A DNA stretch of 63,172 nt, filler included, from Perkinsus olseni (lineage: Eukaryota): NCBI GenBank assembly GCA_013115125.1. It is 6 parts of 6 records of this genome, joined end to end, with 100 filler letters (N's around TTAATTAATTAA, not from the genome) between each part and the next. Parts side by side here need not be neighbours in the genome. Positions count along the whole stretch, not along the records: positions 21,128 to 31,586 come from JABANN010000875.1; positions 31,687 to 42,133 come from JABANN010000876.1; 4 more parts are not named here. One strand, 5' to 3'. The translations under genes and the position numbers were made by a program. Shown one piece after another: positions 22,688-35,100 of the stretch; the first letter of the stretch is position 1, and every line of letters begins with the position of its first letter. The notes beneath the pieces were generated by a model, which worked only from the letters and a program-made list of their open reading frames with translations, was not told the origin of the DNA and did not search any database.

Positions 22688-24021
22688 GTTCCCGCCTCGG
22701 TAATAACGTGTTGCTATGCGTATCTTGTAGGCTACTTAGGTGCTTGAAGGGAAACCGCTGAACTTGCTATTCAATTATTCTCTATGCGCGTTATGGATCA
22801 ATTCACAAGTTGAGGCTCGTCAGTGCATGGAAATTGCATTTTGTCATTTTGGACACGCGCAAGGCATTACGATTTTTCTTTTCTTTTGTTGAGGATTTCG
22901 CGAAGTGAATTTGTAGTGAATTTGTAGTCGGTTTTGGGGTGCAGCATAACCGCCTGGTGCCCTGTTCAGGTTGGCCTTTCATCCATCTATGTGTATATCC
23001 GGGCTTCTCGAGTCGCTCACCCAGAGAAGCTTACAATGGGAGACTGTAGATTCCTGAGTGAAGACTAGCTCCTGTGCTGATACTATTTCATTGTGTTTTC
23101 ATTGTGTTGAGTAGTAAGTTGTTAAAAACAGCTGAATGGACTTCCTTGCTGCTCGGGTGCGTCACCGAGATCGGTGGGCTGAGGGCACTGTGGCGAGTCG
23201 ATATCCACCTTTTCTCTCTTGAACACGAGCTCTAGTCAACCAATTGTAAAAGGTGCCCGGACTCGGGCTTTGACTTGGAAAAGGGATGTGCAACTTGGTA
23301 CCCAAGTCTTGGTTCGAACACTCTGTCAATGCTGACGGAGAACTGTAGTCCCACATGCGATGGCATGTTATACACATGAATATCCTTGACTTGAGTCACT
23401 TGAGTATCGAGTCGCTGGCTTCGGCCATTTCTTTGCTCCTTCGTTGCGAAGGTAGAAACTCGCGTTGATCTAGAGTGAATATTTTAATCGAGGCGTCGAG
23501 TTCTTGACTCGAGAGGAATCAAGATAACTCAGTGAGCTCGCAGGAAAGCATTTTCGAAGTCCCTGTCGACTGGGTTCGACGTTTCAGTGAGACATGCACT
23601 GTGGAGGGGGTGCAGAAGGTCGCTGAGCAAAATAGGACCCGAGCAACGCCATATTTCCGCTAAACGATGCGAACATTGACCTTCCCCCTGCAAAGATGTT
23701 CATTGGTTAAAAGCCCTCCAAAAAAGGGTGGCTGGGTTTCGATGAGCTGGCACAGAGTTCGTGTCGCTAATCTGACAGCCGGGGAAGTGGCACTCCTGCC
23801 TAGTCTACCCGAGAATGTAAGAGGGAGTGTTATTTCCGCTCAAGTGCGTTTTTTGGAGAATCTTCACTCACGTGAGAGGATACGGATCATTCTTTGCTCG
23901 CCCGCATCTGACACGGTCAGCTTCGCCGTGCACGATGTCTTTCAGTAAGCATGCCATGGAAGGTGCAGTGTTGCAGTTACAAGTCAACTATATGGTCTCT
24001 AGGTTCTTATTTCCGCTAGAC

Positions 24022-25440
24022 ATGCTTGCTCGTTTGTCTTTCGTGGGCGGCTTGGCTATCTTGGCCACTGGTTCACCAAAGCTCAGGAAGCTCCAGGTCT
24101 CCACAACAACTTCTCCGACTTTCGGTCCAGGCGACCGCCAACGCTGCGATCGATTTTGTCAAAGTGATCTTGCATCGAGCTCGATTGTGGTCACGCTTTT
24201 CTCTTGCAGTTCATAACGGCTCTCCAAGCTACTGCAAGTACTGGTTAACTTCTCCGGTTTGTCATATGGGAAATCAGCCATGCTCGTCGGATGCCTGTGG
24301 CGGTAGGGAGTTCGGGGATGGTCTATTTCGACATGTCTCATAGGCTTGGAGCAACCAGGTCTCTTCTCTTCAGTTCCACCGGGAGCCACCGTCCCACCGT
24401 TGTCCACACCCTCACCCGAGGTCTCTGATAAGTGTACTCGGTACTGTCAAGGTCTGAATGGTCCAGCGAGCTATTGTAAATGGTCACAGTCGCCGGCTGT
24501 TTGTCAATTTGGTAACCAACCTTGTGGAGATATAGCGGTGTGTGATCCCGTATCGTCATCGTCCACAACAGTTCCTTCAACCTCCGCGTCAACAACGTCG
24601 ACCGCCTCTTCTACAACAGGCGTAAGTTCTTCAGCTACAACCCCTACAGCTCCTACTACCACGCCCGCGACTCCTACTTCCACGCCTACAGCTCCTACTA
24701 CCACGCCTGCGGCTCCTACTACCACGCCTGCGGCTCCTACTACCACGCCTGCGGCTCCCACGACCACGCCTACGGCTCCCACGACCACGCCTATGGCTCC
24801 TACCACGTCTGCGGCTCCTACTACCACGCCTGCGGCTCCCTCTACAACGCCCACGACTCCGACCACGACGCCTATGGCTCCAACCACGACTACCACGCCC
24901 TTGGCTCCTACTACCACCCCTGCGGCTCCCACTACCACCCCTGCGGCTCCCACGACCACGGCTGGGGCTCCCACGACCACGCCTACTGCACCTACTACCA
25001 CGCCTGCGACTCCTACGACCACGCCTGCGGCTCCTACTACCACGCCTGCGGCTCCTACTACGACGCCTGCGGCTCCCACTACCACGCCTACGGCTCCCAC
25101 TACCACGCCAACGGCTCCTACTACAACGCCTGCGGCTCCTTCTACCACGCCAACGGCTCCTACTACCACGCCCGCGGCTCCCACTACCACGCCTGTGGTT
25201 CTCACTACCACCCCTACGGCTTTGCCTACCACACGCGCAGCTCTCACTACAACCCCAGTGGCTCCCACACCAACGGTGGCCTCCACATCAACTCTCGCTG
25301 CAACTACCAATGCGGGTCAGACCAGGCCTACGACTCCAACCAGGCCTACGACTCCGACCAGGCCTACGACTCCGACCAGGCCTACGACTCCAACCAGGCC
25401 GACGACTCCGACCAGGCCTGTGACTCCGGGCCGACCCTGA
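24022..25440 (+). CDS. Secreted mucin-like protein: signal peptide, two Cys-rich modules, (APTTTP)n and (PTTPTR)n tail
   Basis: MLARLSFVGGLAILATG; modules CxxxC..NG..SYCK.W..P.VC..GNQPC; two short introns; 18-nt coding repeats. Confidence 0.85.
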
Positions 25441-26422
25441 TGCCCAGTGCAACCATTACTGTATCCTAGTTGAAGGACACGTCTTATCGTAACTGTTGGT
25501 TGACACCTCCTGTTCGTCAAGGAGAAAATCAATTGTATGATTGCCGGACTACGAGACTTCGTTGAATTCATTACCGTGGAACTCAGTCCTTGTTATCACT
25601 TTTCGTATATCTCTAGGTGGGTACCTCACCTTTCATTCATCATCGTTTCTATTCTCATAGAGCCATGTTTGTAACCATGGGATCGTAAATCGACTCACAT
25701 TCACATGCACGCTTAGGGACGATATGTGTTGAGTTCAGTATCTGGGGAAGAAAAGACAAGGTTACACATGCCTGCAGTGCCTTCCTGATTAGTGAGCTTT
25801 TCTGCTTGGCTCACTGAAATGGTTCTGAAGTCAGAGTCGAAATGAAGCTTTTGCAGCTGTGAGGAGTTTGTTGCGATATTCTCCAAGGTGTATCAAAACG
25901 CATGAGATTATGCGCTGAGTCGTCTAGCTGGGCCAAATGATGACACAAAGTGGCGTAACAGACCGAAAGCACTGCCTCTCACTTGGCATGGTCTACTCTC
26001 TCGTGTGCAGAGCGTAGAAACATGAGCTCCGCCATGGCACATATTTTCAGGAATTCAAAGTTCTAAATAGTCTCGTCTGCTCATTCCAACAGCCACTCCG
26101 AGGCATTCCTGAGTGAGTCGCTGTCTTACAGTGGATGCCGTACAATATATTTTTGTAGGTCTTCGTCGAGGTTTACTGCAGCTGCCCATCGACAAACACA
26201 TATTGTTATCGGCGCTTAAGTGCCATCATCGACTAATTCAAGAGGTAAGAGATGCGACCCATTTGGTCTCAAACATTCTGGTATAAGTTGAAGTAGTTAG
26301 CACACTCTTTCTGATTTTCCCTCGTTTCTTTCATTGACGTGTAGATGAGCTCCCTCAAAGTTTACGGTTGCCCTCATAGCACTGGGGCTACGACCCACAA
26401 GTATCCACAAGAATAAAATACT

Positions 26423-26682
26423 GTTCAGCCGGGCGCGGACTGTCGAAGGCTGGATGGACCGTCAGGGAGCGGGCTCCCACCATTCGCGTCACCACAGCTA
26501 CAGCTTCTCATCGAGGCTCTGTTATCCCTGCCGGAAGCTTGACAGAGATCCGCTAGTTCGGTCTCGGTGGGAGCGCCCCCCCTCTTAGTCTCTAACTAAG
26601 GCGGAACCGGCGTTGGACTATAAACTCATACACGCCGCCTCTGGCCATCGACAGCGAAATCGCTGAGATGAACTCCCATTTT
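26423..26682 (+). ncRNA. Candidate ~250-nt structured RNA, unassigned
   Basis: Six or more nested helices; G-U pairs favour the + strand; ends near TTTT. Confidence 0.3.
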
Positions 26683-27786
26683 GAACCTAGGAATTCATGA
26701 GAGTTTATTGATGCGTTGTTCATAGCTTGCATGGTTTATCATCATCAGTTGGAGGTACATGAACGGTTAAGACTTGTCAGCTCTCGCGGAACAGCGAACT
26801 CGAAGTTAGAGAGCTCGCTAAAGAATGCTCGACGGATCCAAGGTCATCTTTCTGCACGGTGCTCGGACTATTCTCATACGCTATGAGGCATGCCAACTGA
26901 GTCTCGTCGGAATATGCTAGTCGCAGTGGTACCCTAACCCAGGGAGATGTTAAAATTCGGTTGATTTTTTGCTCGGGGTTGCGAAGGTTTGCTAGTTGAT
27001 TCCCGGACTCGGAAGATGGTGTATCTTGACTCGGCTAGGGCTTCTCGCGGAAAAGCCTTTCTTTGTTCGATCGGTTCGAAGAGGAGACCCGTAATCGGGC
27101 TTCAAAGGATTCGCAATCAGGCTCGGATACTCCGTCAATGCTCTAGTAAAGGTGCACTCTCACTTACGGTGACATATCGTACATGTGGATATACTTAAGT
27201 TTCGGATCGCTGTCTTCGGGCACGTCTTTCCCCTTTGATCTGCCTTCATCATGAGTGAGTTATTTTCATCGGTAGGTCAAGATTCCTGACTCAACAGGAG
27301 GAAGGTAGTGTTTGCCTTTTACAGGTGTTTGCATCGCGCTGCTCTTGGGTAGCACTGTATGGGATGTTACCATTCGGGGAAGGTACAGTGGTACCCGCGT
27401 AGAGTCCTAAGATGTAAGAATAGCGAGAGCACCAGGAGCACCTCCGAAGTTCCTATCGAATGGACTCCACGAAACTCGCAGGCTATCGGCGAAGTTTCGA
27501 CCTAGGTGGCAGAGAGGTGTGTACACACGTCCGTAACTGAGTGTGCGAACAGAAATATAGGTGCGCGCTGGCCGGCCGGAGAGGTGCAAGAAATGCGGCA
27601 TCTTTGCCCAAGTGCGAGTGGAAATCTTTACTCACGTGAGAGGATATGGCTTAACCTTCGCTCGCCCGCATCTGACACGGTTAGATTCGCCGTGTTCAAT
27701 CTTCCTTACGAACGTTAACATGTTATTTGTAAGATTCAAGTTGCAAGCATTTCCCTTGAAGTTCTAGATTCCTGTCTCTCCTGTCA

Positions 27787-30700
27787 ATGTTTACTCATTC
27801 GATTTGTGGCCTTCTGGGTGTCTTGACTGCCTTAGCTAGTGGTTCAGCGAAGCTAAGGAAGCTCCAAGTATCCACAACCACACCTCCGACTTTCGGCCCA
27901 GGCGATCGCGAGCGCTGTGACCTTTTCTGTCAAGGTAAGATTGTGTCTGACTCGTCCGTCGTACTCTTCATGCTTCTCTGTTGCAGTTCAGAACGGCCCA
28001 CCAAGCTACTGCAAGTATTGGCTATCACCTCCGGTCTGCCAGATGGGAGATCAACCATGCTCGCCTGATGTTTGCGACGGTAGGCATTTTGGTTACGTTC
28101 CATCTCACCATGTCATATGTATGGAGTTGCCAAGCCTTTTTCCCCTCAGTTCCACCGGGAGCCACGGTCCCGCCCTTGTCTACACCTTCACCCGAAGTCT
28201 CTGATAAGTGTGATCGGTACTGTCAAGGTCTCAATGGTTTGGCAAGCTATTGTAAGTGGTGGCAGTCGCCGGCTGTTTGTCAATTTGGTAACCAACCTTG
28301 TGGAGATATAGCGGTGTGTGATCCCGTATCGTCATCGTCTACAACTGTCCCTTCAACCTCCGCGTCAACAACGTCGACCGTCTCTTCTACAACAGGCGTA
28401 AGTCCTACAACTACAACCCCTGCGGCTCTCACTACTACGCCCACGGCTCCCACTACCACGCCCACGGCTCCCACTACTACGCTCACGGCTCCCACTACTA
28501 CGCCCACTACTGGAATCGAGAGATGGGTGGAAAAATTCAGAGTTTTGATCCAACGGATTCTGGAATTTGCATTTTATCCTAGCTGTCTGAAGGAAGCAAA
28601 ACTCATTTTGCTTCCCAAAGTGGGCCAACAAAATATCCAAGAAGAACATAAAAAATGGAGACCGATAAGTCTTCTGAAGTCCATGGCAAAGATAGTGGAA
28701 GCTGTGATGAGAAATAGGATTATGAAATTTGCAGAAATACCACCCTATATACATGGCTACGTCAACAATAGGAGTACAGTTACGGCTCTCCGGAGCTTGA
28801 GCGATGAGGTATTAGACGTGAGAGGGGGAGATAAGGTGTTGATACTATACGATCTGTCAGCTGCATTCGATAAAATCTCGCAAAGATACATCATCAAAAC
28901 ATTTAAAAAGAGAACAAATAGAAGATGGTCGGAGCTAATTCACAGCTACCTGGTTGGACATACCTCCACTCTAGATGGGGTCAAAAGAACAAGATCCCTG
29001 GGTGTGCCACAGGGATCTTGTACAGGACCAGTATGCTTCATGTTGAGCACGGTAGAGTTAGGGGAGTTGTTATCTGTGCCGAATCCGAGATTTAAGAGAA
29101 AGGTGGCTATTTATGCGGATGACATAGCGGTGTCACTGGAAGCTAGCACGGTAGAAGATTTAATATATGCTATAGAAGACACAGATAAAATTATAGAAGC
29201 ATGGGCTGAGAAGACAAACATGCAGGTCAACAAGAGGAAGAACGAGATTTTCGTCAGGGACATTACTCTCAAAAACAATCTGGAGGAAAAATTAATAGAA
29301 CAGGGAAAGAATGAAACTGCAGATATTCTGAAGCACACGGTGAAATGGCTAGGGGTTCATTGGGCGAAAACTTGGACAGTGCATGTTACACACATGATGT
29401 CAAAGGCAACCAAAACGGTGGCAATGTGTAGAGGTTTCTGGCAAAAGAAATGGGGTGGGAGCATAGACACAGCTGTAGCAGTGTGGAATCAAGTAGTATG
29501 CCCACAAGCTCTATATGGAATCGAGGTATATGGAGAAGTACTAAACTATAGATGGCTGATAAATAAATACGAAAGGCTGCAGGCCTCTTTCATGAGGACC
29601 ATTTTTGGGCTGATTAGAAGCACTCCGACAAAGCTTCTCTCATGGTTTCTATCCGCAATGACGGAACCACTGTGGAATAGGGCTGCTGAAAGGTGTGCCA
29701 AAAGATGGCTGCACTGTCCAGAGGTTAGCATTGGAAAGAAGGAGAGGAGGTGTCTGACTAAATGGGGGATATCGATGTCAGTAGATAGGGAAATCACAAG
29801 GGACCTAGGTCAGAACCCAAGAAATCTGCACATCGAGATTGGCGAAGGGAAACCGTGTATGGAAACATCGATAACGAGAAGAAGGGCGATCTACTTCACT
29901 GACGGCTCCTTATCATCGCGGGGCTATATCGGGGCACGGGTGGCTTGCGGGATAGTACGAATAACAAACGTTGAAGGGATTGCAGTCGTACCCGAATCGT
30001 ATCAGTATAGAGGGTATCGACTGCCAGATCACAGTAGCATAATGCAAGCTGAGCAGTGTGGGATATTAGAAGCCATGAGGTGGTTCAACAGTGAAAATGC
30101 CGGTCAGTTGAAGGAAGTAGTAATTAACGTTGATTCTACCAGTGCTATCAAAGTATTAGTCAGAGAAAAGGGCACAGAACTGACAGGACTAATCTGGGAC
30201 GAAATGAGAAAAGCCGAAAGGTTGCATAATGCAACCATCAGAGTGCACTGGGTTCGGGGGCATGCTGGTTCACATGCCAATGAGTGTGCTGACATTAGAG
30301 CAAATTTAGCTAGGATGCGTGACTGTGTGGATCTTAAGTTCGTGAGAGCTCCCGCGTCGTATACCTTGAGGGAGGTGAAGGCCTTCTCAGAGACGCGGGA
30401 CCATGAAGTGTGGAAGAGAGTTAGTAGAAATTTGTTCATAGCAAAATTTGGTCTATCATTGGGTAGGAAGCAAATAAGGAATATCCTCAAAAGCATAAGG
30501 CGGTGGGGTCCTATTGATAGGAGAAGATTTTTCGAATTGATAACAGGGCATAGTCCCACCAGGAAGTTCTTGTATAATTGTGGTCTCTCCCTTGTCAGAT
30601 TGTGTAGGTACTGCTCGATAGAGGACGAGACAATGATTCACCTATGGTGGTGTAGAAATAAAAGAGTTGAAAGATTGAGATGTCGTCTATGGGGGGCATC

Positions 30701-31586
30701 AGCTAAAATAAAAACGAAATACGATGATAGGAGGGAAGAAGGAACTTCATTATTGAAAAATATTCTATTAGATAGGAGAAAAATCCAAAAACTGAAAATT
30801 TTTCTAAATAGCTTTACCCCTGAATGGGGGAAGAAGAAATAACAAATGGGACCGGAATACGGCTGAGGGAACCGGAATACGGTGCGTGGAATCATAGCAA
30901 GTGCGGCTGTGGTGGTTGTGGTGGTCGTGGTGGTTGTGGGGTCGTGGTGGTCGTGGTGGCTGTGGTGGCCAAGTGGTGGTGGTATTGGATATCTCTGGTG
31001 GTGGCTTTTTCGAGTGGGCAACTGGATTGCGAACAGCCGAGAGTTATGAAAGAGTTGAAAGTGGTCAGAGCCTGCCGATGCTCAAAGGCTGGAAGTGGCT
31101 GCCCGAGTGCTGAGACTTCGTAACTGAGTTCTAACTCAGGGGCAACGGGACAATACTAGAAATAGGCCAAGTCCCCGCCCTCAACAACAACAACAACAAC
31201 AACTACGCCCACGGTTCCCACTACTACACCAACGGCTCCCACTACCACGCCCACGGCTCCCACTACTACGCCAACGGCTCCTACTACCACGCCTATGACT
31301 CCCACGACCACGCCTACAGCTCCTACTACCACGCCTACGGCTCCTACTACTACGCCAACGGCTCCTACTACCACGCCTGCGACTCCCACGACCACGCCTA
31401 CGGCTCTGACCGCGACGCCCTCGGCTCCTACTACCACGCCTGCGGCTCCCACTACCACGCCTGCGGCTCCCACTACCACGCCTGCGGCTCCTACGACCAC
31501 GCCTGCGGCTCCCACTACCACGCCTGCGGCTCCCACTACCACGCCTGCGGCTCCCACTACCACGCCTGCGGCTCCTACGACCACGC
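27787..31586 (+). CDS. Paralogous Cys-module/mucin gene interrupted by a LINE; 3' end lost in the gap
   Basis: Same exon structure as 24022-25440; Thr/Pro repeat resumes at 31202. Upstream flank also duplicated (23840-23940 vs 27606-27700). Confidence 0.85.
28508..31201 (+). mobile_element. 5'-truncated non-LTR retrotransposon with RT, RNase H and CCHC domains
   Basis: WRPISLL, YDLSAAFD, GVPQGS, YADD, YFTDGS, HWVRGHAG..NE.AD, CRYC..ET..H...C; ORF open to 30842; (CAA)n tail; 11-bp TSD ACTACGCCCAC at 28497-28507 and 31202-31212. Confidence 0.95.
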
Positions 31587-31993
31587 NNNNNNNNNNNNNN
31601 NNNNNNNNNNNNNNNNNNNNNNNNNNNNNNTTAATTAATTAANNNNNNNNNNNNNNNNNNNNNNNNNNNNNNNNNNNNNNNNNNNNCGCAACTAGTTCGA
31701 GTTGTACGGCGACATATTGGTAGCAGCTCCTTGTTAAACCTAAAGGCCTACTACTCTTCTCTGACGTTATGATCCCCGGCGACGAGGCTGATCCTGTTAC
31801 TCCTCGTTCTCATGATGACCAACGTGAAGGTGATCCCCCTCCCCCGGTGATCGAGCCTCCGCCTGCGGTTCCTCAAGGTCAAGCAAGGCCCCCTCCCGGG
31901 GACCCACCGGTCCCCGCGGGGAATGGGCCCGCGCCCGCTAACAAAGTGGAGTGCAAAGTCTAGGCTAGTGAAGTATGTTCCACTTAAGCCATT

Positions 31994-32048
31994 TGGCCTA
32001 AGTGGTTAACTTGTATACTTGCGAACCGAAAGACCCCGGGTTCAATCC
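31994..32048 (+). promoter_or_regulatory. tRNA-type Pol III A box and B box in the 5' LTR
   Basis: TGGCCTAAGTGG and GGTTCAATCC; 47 nt between the T8- and T54-equivalent positions. Confidence 0.6.
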
Positions 32049-32189
32049 CCAGGTCTGACTGATGCGCTATACTGTCTCCGGCTACAGCTGATAAAGCCAA
32101 TAATCGATCAAGCTAAATTAGCTGTAACACCATTGATTGTACTACTGAAACGGTTAACTCAGTAATCTAGAGATTTCTTGTATTTCCTT

Positions 32190-35100
32190 ATGTCCTCTCC
32201 CGCTTTGCGTTCAATTGGTGCCTAGACTCCTGGCTCTTCGAGTGAGAGTTCTGGTAGCGCGAGTGCACCTCGCGCACACCAACTTCGCCCTCTCTCTGAT
32301 TTCTACAGTGAAGACGAAGATGACGTCAGAGACGTCAGCATTGACCTCGATCACGATGATGACGAGGCATTGCTTCCACTGGACGATGAGTTCGCTCATC
32401 GCAGTGATAGTGAGTTGGATGATAGAGATCCTTCTCAACATAAGGTTGGTGATACCCCTCACCAAGAGGGTGGTACTCCTCCTCAGAAAGGTAAAGCGCC
32501 TGAAAAGCGTAAGGTGGTTTTGGATGATACGAAGCCATCGCCTCTAGCCGGGACTTCCAAAGCTCGGCGGATGATCGAACTTCGTAAGAACGCCGTCAAG
32601 TTCAGCGGTGGTGCCGACGAAGATGTTGAAGAATGGTTGGACAAGCTGGATATGATTGCCGGTCCTGAAGGTTTTAACCTTGACTACTATGATCAGGCTG
32701 TGCTCCTCAAGTTATCGGTGTCTGGTCCGGCGTATCAGGCTGCCAAGATGGTCCCGTGTGAGCAGAAGTCCATCGATCCTTCCAGGAAGCGGTACTTGGC
32801 CCGGCTACGATCCGAACTACGAAAGCGGTTTGGTTCGAGCCCTGACAAGGCTGTTGCCAGCTTGAGAAGTGTCAGCGTCAACGACTACACATCGGTTGAT
32901 GAGTATGCTACTGCCGTAAGTCGCCTAGTGCGACAGAGCTTCAGCAATATTCACATCAGATGCCAGGGTGAGATCATGAAGCTGTTCTTCTACAGTGGTC
33001 TACCACACGATCATCCAGCAAGCTCTGCCATCAAGCCGTTCTGCCTTGACCCTACCAAGTCTTATGAGCAAATCATTACTCGCGCGAGGCTATCATTTGA
33101 TAACCTCAGTCAACCGCGAGTAGCCGCACCTGGTGTGCGAAGATTTGACTCTAAGTCTGGCAAAGGGTGGTAAAGGCGGTAAAGGCAAGGGAAAGAGAAG
33201 CCGTGAAGGAGGCCAATCGGTGAAACGCTGTGAGTTTTGCAATAAGACTAATCACACGATTGAAACGTGTAGATTCCTTGCTAAAGCAAGAATGGCCTTG
33301 AAGGTAAGCAACCTCGGGAAGCGGTTTCATGTATTAGATTCTCCGATGCCGCTGTTACTTCAGACTGAGTATAATCTCATTTGCCTTGTCGATTCAGGAT
33401 CAAGTGACTCAATCATAACTCGATCGGCATTAAGCAAGGTTGGTAGAGGTTGTAGTTCAGTTGAAGGTCACCAGGTTGCATTATCGACCATTAAAGGTCC
33501 TCAGTTGTGTACCATCGCAAAGATCCCTGCTACTGTGTTGAGTTGTAACAATGATATACGGAATACTATGCCTGTGTTAGTCGTTGATGCAGATCACATA
33601 GTACACGTAGGTGACTATAGAGTTGATGTAATTCTAGGATGCGATTGGATAGCGATGCACTCTCCTGTAGTATTCGAGAGCACGCATTACACTGAGCCCA
33701 TAATAGCCGCTTCACCGGCATTAGCCTCTGGCGCAGATTCTCAGATTAGAATAGATGAACAAACTGGGAATAGAATCACAGCTACTATTGATGAACCTGA
33801 TTTCATTGCTCGTAGACTAACTGATGGTGATGGTAAATCTGTTTGGCAAGTGGAATGGAAGTAGATTGATAATAAAGCTCCTCCAGGGGTATTCCGTCCT
33901 CCCACTTATGAAAAGCAGATGGAATCACTGAGTCAATCGCAGTTAGATACATGGCAAACGGAAATCAAGAATTGGGAATCCCAAGGCTTCATACAAGAAG
34001 TCAAAAGATCTGATTTGAAGGGAACGTTGACTTTAATGGGAGTCGCGCAAGAACACAAAATCACAACTCCTTGCCGTCCTGTTATAGACTTCAAGCCTCT
34101 AAATAATCAGATCCATTCATATCCCAATTCGGATGACCATGTTACCGTCGACGATACATTACGCCGATGGAGAGCGAACTATACACGTGATGGTAAATCG
34201 ATAGATAGCTGGGTATTGATAGATATAAAGAAAGCATACCTTTGCGTACGCATGAGCCCTAAATGCGCGGCATATCAAGGCCTCATCATAAAAGATGAGA
34301 AAGGATCAACAAGATACATGCGATTGGATCGCCTAGGATTTGGCATTAATATTGCTCCAAAAGTACTGAGAAGTATCATAAGATATATTCTCTGCGAGGA
34401 AGGTCTCGAAAGCCCGATAGATATGTTCGTAGATAATATGCGAGTACCAACTGAGCATGTAGATCAGTTGCGCGAAGCATTACATAGGAACGGGTTTCCA
34501 ACTAAAGACCCAGAGAGCAGTAGCTCAGCACGTATTTTAGGATTACAAATGACTGGTGCGAATAGATGGAAACGACGAAGTGACATCCAGCCCATTGCTG
34601 GCTTCACCTATCGTGATCTTCGTTCGTGGGTGGCCACGATAGCATCATCTCATTATCCTGTCCTAGGATGGCTCTCGCCAGCAGCCAGAGCGCTGGAGAG
34701 ACTGAGTGTTATTGCCAATCCGAGCGCAACTTCGCCCGATCCTCTGCCTGATGATATTGTGACGAAGGCACATAAATTGTACTCAGACATTGTACTACGA
34801 GGAGATCCAGCTACTGGATTCTTCCGGGTAGATCCCTCGCAGCCATGGTCTTTGTACACAGATGCTTCGGCGGACGCAATTGGTGCATGCTTATATTTTG
34901 GGTCGCAATTAGTCGAAGATAAATCTTGGCTACGAGCCACGAAAGACATTCGGCCTATCGATACAGTAGAGCTAGAAGCAGGCTTGAGAGGTCTGAACGA
35001 CCTAACGGTTCCTTGGATAAGAGCCTTAGGAATTAAAACTGGTCTTGCACTTACAGTGTGTGTCGATAACAAGCCAGTCCTAGGCCAACTTTCTAGGAAG

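Noticed and set aside
24504-25310. Val/Gly/Ala-rich minus-strand ORFs (also 31156-31584)
   Set aside because: Antisense shadows of the Thr/Pro repeats.
26515-26530. CAGGGATAACAG on the minus strand resembling LSU rRNA
   Set aside because: Only ~12 nt, with no flanking rRNA similarity.
27981-28150. N-terminus of the 953-aa ORF as listed
   Set aside because: It reads an upstream exon out of frame and an intron; the spliced gene starts at 27787.
31987-32002. AGCCATTTGGCCTAAG resembles the dinoflagellate/Perkinsus spliced leader
   Set aside because: Three mismatches in 16 nt to the short leader as I recall it, no CCGT 5' part, no GT donor after AAG, and weaker in the 3' LTR; the A-box reading fits better.
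31987-32060. Functional tRNA gene in the LTR
   Set aside because: Acceptor and anticodon stems do not pair.
33133-33180. Programmed frameshift in the inner element
   Set aside because: One extra G in a GGK repeat upstream of the knuckle; better explained as an indel or sequencing error.
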